Shown here piece after piece: positions 36,079 to 42,648 of a stretch of DNA of 42,648 bases. Position 1 is the first letter of the stretch, and every line of letters begins with the position of its first letter. Origin of the DNA: a virus (Duplodnaviria > Caudoviricetes). The notes under the pieces were generated by a model, which had not been told where the DNA came from, did not search any database, and was given only the letters and a program-made list of their open reading frames with translations. The position numbers were made by a program, and so were the translations under genes. The DNA is taken from positions 1-42,648 of IMG/VR virus record IMGVR_UViG_3300017912_003473; one strand, written 5' to 3'.

Positions 36079-36326
36079 AAGTCAACAACATCACGTTGCA
36101 GCTGTCGCAGATTGTGGCGCTTATATCTGCTGTCGCGGTCGGCTCGTCAAAGATGACAGCCATAGAGGCAAAGGCTTCGCAGGCACAGGCCGAGGTGACA
36201 AGCCTTAAGGCCGAATTAACCGATGTGCGCAAAGCGATGCAAGAGCACCGCGAAATACTTGCTCAGGTGCAAGGTGACGCGCGCGCTATCCTTCATCTAC
36301 TGAAGCTCAAGTCGGTGTCGCCATGA
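36075..36326 (+). CDS. Membrane-anchored coiled-coil protein (lysis cassette)
   Basis: N-terminal hydrophobic segment then heptads; ATGA coupled. Confidence 0.6.
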   Translation: MKVNNITLQLSQIVALISAVAVGSSKMTAIEAKASQAQAEVTSLKAELTDVRKAMQEHREILAQVQGDARAILHLLKLKSVSP

Positions 36327-36616
36327 GATTCATTGCTGCACTGTTGACCGTTCTTATCTTCGCTGCGAGCCCTCGCGGCATGGTGGCCGAAATGCGCATC
36401 GCGGGGCCAGCGGATGCTGGCCCTGCTGACGGCGCGGCAGACGCAGCACAGCCAGCGGACGGCGGCGTTGATGCTGTTGTGCCGTGCATTCGCACTGAGC
36501 AGAAGAAGCAGAACGGCAACGCAAAGCGGCTGGCGTTCAACATGAAGAAAATCAAAGCAATGCTTAGAAAAAACAAAGGGGCACAAAATGGACCTGTTAA
36601 ACCAAGCAACGATTAA
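36323..36616 (+). CDS. Secreted/membrane protein with DAG/DGG linker
   Basis: Signal-like MRFIAALLTVLIFAA; PADAGPADGAADAAQPADGGVDA. Confidence 0.6.
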   Translation: MRFIAALLTVLIFAASPRGMVAEMRIAGPADAGPADGAADAAQPADGGVDAVVPCIRTEQKKQNGNAKRLAFNMKKIKAMLRKNKGAQNGPVKPSND

Positions 36617-36863
36617 AATCATGGCGCTCTCAGCCGTGGGCACCTACGGCGTTTTGGAAGCCATCAAGCCAATGATCAAGCGCTTCTCGCCGGACAGCTG
36701 GCAGCGGCTGTGTGTGCGTCTCGGAAGTCTAGCTCTCGGCGCTGGATGGGGCTTTTCGCTGGACATGAGCGCCAACGGTGCAATCGTTGGTGTCTGCGGT
36801 GCTGCTCTGTCGTCCACAATCGTTGCAGCTGTAAAGCGGGTGATGCGTGCACGCGCTTCTTGA
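36588..36863 (+). CDS. Putative holin
   Basis: 91 aa, 2-3 hydrophobic segments, basic C-terminus, in the lysis cluster. Confidence 0.6.
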   Translation: MDLLNQATIKIMALSAVGTYGVLEAIKPMIKRFSPDSWQRLCVRLGSLALGAGWGFSLDMSANGAIVGVCGAALSSTIVAAVKRVMRARAS

Positions 36864-37119
36864 TTACATCCTGCTGGTTGTCGGCTCGCTTTGCATTGGC
36901 GGGTTCGCTGTTCGCAAGCTGCTGTCTAAGTCGCCAGACTTGCAGCAGGTCAGCGAGGCGGTGGCTAAGCAGGCCGAAGAGGTCAAGGTGCAGCAAGTCA
37001 AGCAAGCAGAGCACGACCACAAAAAGACGGCTGCAATCATCGATTCAGAGGTTAAGAAAATCAACGCGGCAGGGCTTACCAAGCTGGCCGACCTGCTCAA
37101 CGATAAGTTCGGCAAGTGA
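36847..37119 (+). CDS. N-anchored coiled-coil protein (i-spanin-like)
   Basis: N-terminal TM then a helical region. Confidence 0.5.
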   Translation: MHALLDYILLVVGSLCIGGFAVRKLLSKSPDLQQVSEAVAKQAEEVKVQQVKQAEHDHKKTAAIIDSEVKKINAAGLTKLADLLNDKFGK

Positions 37120-37463
37120 TACACGCGGCCATCATCATCGCGCTGCTGCAACCGTCAGAGGCTTGCGAGGGCGCGCGACCGCTGGAGATATGGCGACCAG
37201 CGCCATGCTCAGGTCTCTTGATCTCGACATCGCAGGCGCGCGAAGCGCTCAAATGCAAGGTTGAGCTTCTGCCCAAGTGCGAGGCAGACAGAAAGCGAGA
37301 TGTTGCTATTCTGCAAGCACAGGTTGACGAGCTTCTAACAAAAAACGCAGCCAACGAAGCACTTATAAAAGCAAGCAAGCCGGACGGGTTTTGGCTTCCG
37401 GTTGTGCTCACAGCTGGCAGCTTTGCCGCTGGCTTGGTCATCGGGTTCGCAGCAGGGCTTTAG
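37116..37463 (+). CDS. Exported protein with C-terminal TM (spanin-like candidate)
   Basis: N-terminal hydrophobic segment, four Cys, coiled coil, C-terminal FWLPVVLTAGSFAAGLVIG. Confidence 0.5.
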   Translation: MIHAAIIIALLQPSEACEGARPLEIWRPAPCSGLLISTSQAREALKCKVELLPKCEADRKRDVAILQAQVDELLTKNAANEALIKASKPDGFWLPVVLTAGSFAAGLVIGFAAGL

Positions 37464-37471
37464 GACACAAC

Positions 37472-38782
37472 ATGACAGACTGGCAGCTTTACGAGGAAGC
37501 GGCCGAGGCATACGAACGACTAGGCAGCTTTCGCAAGGCTGCTGATGAGCTTGGTGTGCATCACTCGACCATCATAAAAAGAGTGCGCGCTTTTAACGCT
37601 GGAGAGCAGAAGCAGGGCAGCGCTGCCACAGAGCGCAAGTCTGTCGATGTTAAAGCAGACGGAGACACGCGCATTGTCACAGGTAAGGGCTTCAGAAGTG
37701 TAGAAGACCTACTCGAAGCGGCAGGCATATCTGAGAGTGACGGGTGGGTGGTAGTCAAGCACATGCTCAACAGCTGGGAGGCGCTAGCGAAGGATAATCA
37801 GGTTGTGCAGCTCTATCAGGTTAAGGCATGGCTAGAGCGCGCTCCATCGTTCTTTGTTAAACCTGTTAAGTGTAACCCGCTGCCGAGACAGAAAAGCGCG
37901 GCGGATTCGGACCTCAAATGCACGCTTGTCATTCCAGACAGCCAACACGGGTTCATCAGACACGAAGACGGCACGCTTGAGCCGATGCACGACAGGCGCG
38001 CGGTAGACATCGCGATTCAGATGGCGCGGATGCTATCCGGGCAGATTGACGAGATAGTGCTAATGGGTGACATGCTTGACCTTGGCCCATTCTCGCGGTG
38101 GTCATCTGAGCCGGGTATCAGGTTTGTCACACAGCCAGCGCTCGTTGAGGTGCATTGGATGATTGCGCAGCTTCGTCTGGCAGCACCGCACGCGCGCATT
38201 GTTTACCTTGAAGGCAACCACGAGCTGCGCATCGAGAAGCAGCTCAAAGAGTTTGCAGCGGGTGAGCTGTTGAACATCCGGCCAGCTGACACGCTCGAAG
38301 CACCACCGGTCTTGTCGATTCGCTCACTGCTTGCGCTCGATGCGCTTGATTGTGAATACGTGCAGCCATACGGCGCGCCTCATTGGTGGCGCGGCGTTAG
38401 GTTCCAGCACGGCCACCTCGCAAGGCCGCGCGGCAAGACAGCGGCCGCATATCTTGCAAATGCCACATCTAGTACAGTGTGGGGTCACACGCACCGGCTA
38501 GAACTGGCCATGCGCACGCTTGACACGCCAAAGGGCATACGCCAGATGACTGCGATGAGTCCGGGTTGTTTGTGCCGCACAGACGGCGCTGTGCCGCACT
38601 CAGGCGGAAGCTCACCGCTAGACTGGCAGCAGGGTCTCGGCGTCATATGGTCGAACGATAGAGACGACAACCGCTTCGAGCTGATACAAATCATTGACGG
38701 CAGGGCAGTCTATCAAGGGCGAGAGCTTGTTGGTGATGACAGAATCGAAGAGCTGCGGCGGTCAACCGGCTATCCGTTCTAA
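37472..38782 (+). CDS. Calcineurin-like metallophosphoesterase with N-terminal HTH
   Basis: PDSQH, GDMLD, GNHE, HGH, GHTHR motifs; GSFRKAADELGVHHSTI HTH. Confidence 0.88.
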   Translation: MTDWQLYEEAAEAYERLGSFRKAADELGVHHSTIIKRVRAFNAGEQKQGSAATERKSVDVKADGDTRIVTGKGFRSVEDLLEAAGISESDGWVVVKHMLNSWEALAKDNQVVQLYQVKAWLERAPSFFVKPVKCNPLPRQKSAADSDLKCTLVIPDSQHGFIRHEDGTLEPMHDRRAVDIAIQMARMLSGQIDEIVLMGDMLDLGPFSRWSSEPGIRFVTQPALVEVHWMIAQLRLAAPHARIVYLEGNHELRIEKQLKEFAAGELLNIRPADTLEAPPVLSIRSLLALDALDCEYVQPYGAPHWWRGVRFQHGHLARPRGKTAAAYLANATSSTVWGHTHRLELAMRTLDTPKGIRQMTAMSPGCLCRTDGAVPHSGGSSPLDWQQGLGVIWSNDRDDNRFELIQIIDGRAVYQGRELVGDDRIEELRRSTGYPF

Positions 38783-39391
38783 TTGCGCATTCGTCCGCGA
38801 GTTGAAAAGATAAAAGCGCAACCGTGGAGAGCTGCTTTGACCTACAAGAAAACAGGCGACCTTAAGGCTAGAGTGCGTCGATTCTGGCTCAAGTCAGATA
38901 CAATGATTCTAGCGCAAGTGCTTGTTAACAGCATTCAGAAGCGCGCATTTATGGATGGGCTAGGCGCTAACGATAGGCCGCACAAGCGGTATTCTACCAA
39001 GCCTATATACATCTCAAATAAGAGCAAGACTGCGCGAAGACTTAAGCCGAAGGGCGGCGTCAAAACAAAGAAAGGTAGATTCTACGAGGGCGGATATCGC
39101 CAATATAAGATGCAAAGCCAGAAGAGTAGCGGCAAGGTGAATCTGACGCTTAGCGGCAGGCTTCTGCGCTCTATCCGAATCACACAGAGCAGAAGATTTA
39201 CGGCAAAGGTCGGTATGACGGGCAGCGCGAAAGTTTACGGCCGATTTGTTGACCAGCGGCGGCCGTTTATGGGGATAAGCAAGAAGGACAGCGAAGCTAT
39301 CCGGGCCGTATTTAATGACTTGCTTAAAGCAAGGCTCGCAGGCCGTCGGGCTTCCATTGTTAGCGCCGGCAGTACGTCGAGGGCATACTGA
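38783..39391 (+). CDS. Virion morphogenesis/neck protein (Mu gpG-like)
   Basis: Basic protein; VNLTLSGRLLRSI and RPFMGIS motifs; start uncertain (TTG). Confidence 0.7.
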   Translation: MRIRPRVEKIKAQPWRAALTYKKTGDLKARVRRFWLKSDTMILAQVLVNSIQKRAFMDGLGANDRPHKRYSTKPIYISNKSKTARRLKPKGGVKTKKGRFYEGGYRQYKMQSQKSSGKVNLTLSGRLLRSIRITQSRRFTAKVGMTGSAKVYGRFVDQRRPFMGISKKDSEAIRAVFNDLLKARLAGRRASIVSAGSTSRAY

Positions 39392-39891
39392 TGTCGACCG
39401 CGTTTATCGACATGGTGAACCACGTTGTTAAAAGCGTGGAGCAGCCGCCGGCCGGAAGTCTTGCAGCGTTCACGCAGTACAGACCGGGCATGTTTCGCAG
39501 CGTAGACCGTACACCAGGCAGCCGCTTGCCGCTAGAAGAGATGGTCGGTCAGTCGCGAGTCTTCGAGATTGATATACAAAATCGCGAGACCGAAGAGGTG
39601 AGGCTCGGCGGCGTTGCGCCGCTCGGTTACACGGACACGCTGTCTGTTTTGATACGATACGAGGCGGCAGGGCGACACGACAGAATGCAGGTCTTGAGCG
39701 AGTTAGTCACAGATCAACAGTTTGTTGTCGATGCGATTATGCGCAGTAACTGGCCAAGCGTGACAGGGCTTGTAAGCCTGATGGCTACGGCTGGAAATAT
39801 TGAAAGATTTGAATTAGGCGACGCTCAGGGCAATGCTGTCTTTGAGGGTTACATTATCGAGGTGGTTATCGCCGCTTCATATGACATATAG
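39391..39891 (+). CDS. Putative tail terminator
   Basis: 166 aa between the neck and tail tube genes; position-based. Confidence 0.5.
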   Translation: MSTAFIDMVNHVVKSVEQPPAGSLAAFTQYRPGMFRSVDRTPGSRLPLEEMVGQSRVFEIDIQNRETEEVRLGGVAPLGYTDTLSVLIRYEAAGRHDRMQVLSELVTDQQFVVDAIMRSNWPSVTGLVSLMATAGNIERFELGDAQGNAVFEGYIIEVVIAASYDI

Positions 39892-39902
39892 AGAGGGTAA
39901 CT

Positions 39903-41315
39903 ATGGCTGGCAAATCATCTGCGATTTACAGTGTACAGGTCGCCACGTCAGTAAGCGGCGGCGGTGACCAAGATTCTAATTTCCTACCACAACCCACGCT
40001 CGGCGGGTTGACCTATGTAGGAATGGCAACGACAGAAGCAACAGTCGGCAGCTTTGCCGCTGACGAACTGTTCCACGAGCAAAACTTCGGCCGCTCGACA
40101 CCAGGCAGCGACGAGCTTGCAGCCATCGGCGTCCGCAACCTGTCAGGGTCTACGAAGTTCGGCGCGCCCAACGGTGAGTTTATCCGCGTTATGTACCCAG
40201 ACAGCATCACGCTTGAGCATCGTTTTAAGACTTCAGGCGGTGCCGACCCAGAGAGCCACGCATATGGCAAGGTTTTAGGCAGCTCTTATGCGCTCTACAA
40301 GCCATCGGAAAACACGCTGACTTGTTCAGATGATGGCGCAGCGGACGGCACAACAATCGTTGTGCCAGCGGCTAACGTTACAAGCAGCGGGCTAAAAGTG
40401 GGCGCACCTATACGATACCGCTCATCCACGAGTCACTTGCACGAATACGCCATTGTCACCGACATTGCGGCTGCTGTTGGCCTAGACCAGACAATTACAG
40501 TTCACCCACGCTTCAGTAGCCAAATCACAAACACAGAAGACGTTGAGCTGTGCTTCGCGTTCTATCCGGTTGTTGGCACATCTGACACTCGTCTGCTCGA
40601 AGACTTCCACATGATCTTCGACATGGGTGGCAGCGGCTCAGACGCGACTGTGCGCCGCATGGCTTCGCTGTGCCGATGCAGCGGGTACAGCCTGACGCAA
40701 GACAACTTCGGCACCAACTTGTCAATGAATGTTCGGCCGGCGTGCATGGTTCCAGATAGCGAGTCAAACGCGGCGACCATCACAACTAACGAGCCGCCGG
40801 GCGACGTGTTGCAGCACCGATTCGGCTGTCGCGTCGACTTATCCGACAGCATTACAGGTGTTAGCGCACCGGCATCGGGCACACGCAGCAACTTGCCAAA
40901 CTTCGATTGGCAGGTTGAGGTCACAACTGACCTAACACCGAGCAGCCCAGACACGCGCGGCATTTTGCAAGCTGACGCGATGGAGATTAACAACTCGACT
41001 TGCGTTGTCACTATCACCAGCGAGAACGACGAGACCTTGCAGCGCATGATTGCGAAGAACGAGCGACGCACGCTCATCTTGGGAATGGGTCCAGCGAGCA
41101 GCAGCGGCGGGCAGGGTGGCGCTTTTATCGTCATGAATGCTGGCCGTAACGACGGCGCTGCCAACCCAGAAGGCGGTGACGGCAACCGCATTCAGCAGAG
41201 CACGACGCTTCGCGCAATCGCTGAGTCTGGCATCTGCGACACATCCGGTCTGACTGGCGACGATTTGCGACTCGCCCAAGCTCCATTCCTTCTAGCGCTC
41301 CCACGCAGCGTGTAG
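39903..41315 (+). CDS. Putative major tail tube protein
   Basis: 470 aa Ser/Thr/Gly-rich; precedes the chaperone and tape measure genes. Confidence 0.65.
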   Translation: MAGKSSAIYSVQVATSVSGGGDQDSNFLPQPTLGGLTYVGMATTEATVGSFAADELFHEQNFGRSTPGSDELAAIGVRNLSGSTKFGAPNGEFIRVMYPDSITLEHRFKTSGGADPESHAYGKVLGSSYALYKPSENTLTCSDDGAADGTTIVVPAANVTSSGLKVGAPIRYRSSTSHLHEYAIVTDIAAAVGLDQTITVHPRFSSQITNTEDVELCFAFYPVVGTSDTRLLEDFHMIFDMGGSGSDATVRRMASLCRCSGYSLTQDNFGTNLSMNVRPACMVPDSESNAATITTNEPPGDVLQHRFGCRVDLSDSITGVSAPASGTRSNLPNFDWQVEVTTDLTPSSPDTRGILQADAMEINNSTCVVTITSENDETLQRMIAKNERRTLILGMGPASSSGGQGGAFIVMNAGRNDGAANPEGGDGNRIQQSTTLRAIAESGICDTSGLTGDDLRLAQAPFLLALPRSV

Positions 41316-41349
41316 TAATGTTTGGCGGCATCCATCACAGGGGGTCGCC

Positions 41350-42216
41350 ATGCTTCGCAAAGTTCTCACCACTGACGAGCCGGTTCGCTTTCTCTTGTTG
41401 AGCGACCCGGCTGTCTTCGAGGCCCAGCTTGTGGCCGCTCGATTGCAACTTGAATCAGAACTAGAAAAGCCGAGCGACGGCATGGTCGACATGCTTATCG
41501 ATGTCATCGGCGCAGTCGCCGGCAATAACGTTAACCACGTATTCGCATTGCAGGCAGCGCGCGAGGGATTCGCAGGCTTTATTAAAACATTCGTGAGCAA
41601 TGAGGCCGACCAAAAGACAGCGGACGAGAAATTCAGAGAAGCACTAAACGACAGAGAGCTGCGTGAGGCGATGGCGTTCATTCGAGCGCAGGCAGCTGTT
41701 AACATGTATCGCGAGTCACTAGACGTTAACGACCTGTGCGACCCCGACCCAGCTGACGCGACATGGGTGACCTGTCGAGCGCTTACGCGGCAAGAGATAA
41801 GGCTGACAGAGCAGAAGGCAGGCACGCGTCCAAGGCTCGGCGCTATGCTATATTCACAGTGCGTGGACGCGGCAAGAAAAGCCAGCCGCAACGGTGAAGA
41901 TGCAGCCATTGCATATGCGCGACACCTTGCATCATTCGACAAAAAAGAGATGCAAGAGGTTGAGAAGTTCGAGCTGTGGCAAGAAGCAGCTGACCGGCTC
42001 GTCTCGGAGGCCGGGCTTTTAAATGTCGATGGCTTTGACTTCAAGCCAGATGGCGGCAAGTTTCCTGTTGATGAGTTTTCGCGTCAGGTTGTCGAGGGTC
42101 ATGAGGTGCTGTCCGAGATGGCAAAGAATATTCGGCAGATATCATCACTGGGAAAACCGCAGAGCTTATCATCGCACTCACCGTCTGGCATCGTCGAACA
42201 AGACGCAGAGGCCTAG
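41350..42216 (+). CDS. Tail assembly chaperone (gpG-like)
   Basis: Between the tube and tape measure genes; in-frame slippery site G GGA AAA near the 3' end. Confidence 0.75.
   Translation: MLRKVLTTDEPVRFLLLSDPAVFEAQLVAARLQLESELEKPSDGMVDMLIDVIGAVAGNNVNHVFALQAAREGFAGFIKTFVSNEADQKTADEKFREALNDRELREAMAFIRAQAAVNMYRESLDVNDLCDPDPADATWVTCRALTRQEIRLTEQKAGTRPRLGAMLYSQCVDAARKASRNGEDAAIAYARHLASFDKKEMQEVEKFELWQEAADRLVSEAGLLNVDGFDFKPDGGKFPVDEFSRQVVEGHEVLSEMAKNIRQISSLGKPQSLSSHSPSGIVEQDAEA
42150..42156 (+). other. Programmed -1 ribosomal frameshift site
   Basis: CTG GGA AAA (L-G-K) = X XXY YYZ, cf. lambda GGGAAAG; -1 frame is open to the stop at 213-215 across the junction. Confidence 0.85.
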
Positions 42217-42648
42217 CCATTAGCGAGGGCTGGCAGTGCGCGCAGTGCACAGGCTCGCCCGGCAAACCGGCTGTTGACGGGTTGATAAGCGAACGCGGAG
42301 AGTGCGGCAAGGCTTTCAAGAAGACGCTGGCAGGCGCGAGACCAGAGCGCACATGGTGCAGGTTTAACGCGAAGTACATCGATGTGGGCTATCGAGTGAA
42401 CGTTGAGCGCATCCTCGGTGAGTCTATGCCTAGCGAGCTGCTGTCAGGATTCAGAAGCGACAAGCCTGATGATCTTGGTGTGTTCGATTGGGTCAGCGTT
42501 AACAAGTGCCCTATCGCAGCAGTGGACCCCGGTTGCCCTAATCCAAACCCAGCACTATGGCTTGACGACTTAAGCGGATATACTGGCTACGTTAGCAACA
42601 AGCTTCCGCATAGCTGGCTACCTCAAAAGCCAACCGATGTCTTGGCCC
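42156..42648 (+). CDS. gpGT-like frameshift extension (continues through 142-215)
   Basis: -1 frame TAELIIALTVWH...WQCAQC...ECG...KCPIAAVDPG...KDERW*, no start of its own, ends 1 nt before the tape measure ATG. Confidence 0.8.
42508..42648. repeat. Terminal direct repeat (circular assembly overlap), copy 2
   Basis: Identical to 1-141. Confidence 0.95.

Noticed and set aside
40562-42059. Long antisense ORFs (40562-41191, 41292-42059) and similar shadows elsewhere
   Set aside because: Antisense shadows of real genes in GC-rich DNA; no SD or recognisable motifs
42508-42648. Biological direct terminal repeat of the virion DNA
   Set aside because: Length matches an assembler k-mer overlap and it falls inside a reading frame; physical termini cannot be inferred
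1-42648. Lysogeny module (integrase, attP, cI/cro pair)
   Set aside because: No tyrosine or serine recombinase motifs recognised; the ParB-like domain is the common MTase fusion rather than a partition system

Overview
This window is very probably a complete, circularly assembled tailed-phage genome (Caudoviricetes, siphovirus-like). It has about 42,507 unique bp, and bases 1-141 are repeated at 42508-42648. Recognisable modules: tape measure protein; lambdoid-type replication (HTH initiator with internal iterons plus a DnaC/IstB-like loader); RuvC-like resolvase; YqaJ exonuclease and a distant ERF annealase; HNH endonuclease; a terminase pair inverted relative to the head genes; ParB-fused DNA methyltransferase; portal; multidomain protease/scaffold; decoration and major capsid proteins; fibres; tail-tip proteins; M15A endolysin with five small membrane/secreted ORFs; metallophosphoesterase; neck, tail tube and a tail chaperone with a -1 frameshift that runs across the contig junction. 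I saw no integrase, DNA polymerase, tRNA or CRISPR array. The most unusual signals are non-coding: (i) four dispersed sigma70-type promoters sharing a palindromic operator and a conserved leader, driving small-gene islands, one of which encodes a candidate HTH regulator; (ii) an 85-bp tandem duplication downstream of terL whose two hairpins have mutually complementary 17-nt loops; (iii) an HNH gene bracketed by a 33-bp direct repeat. All product calls come from motif recognition by eye; no database searches were run.
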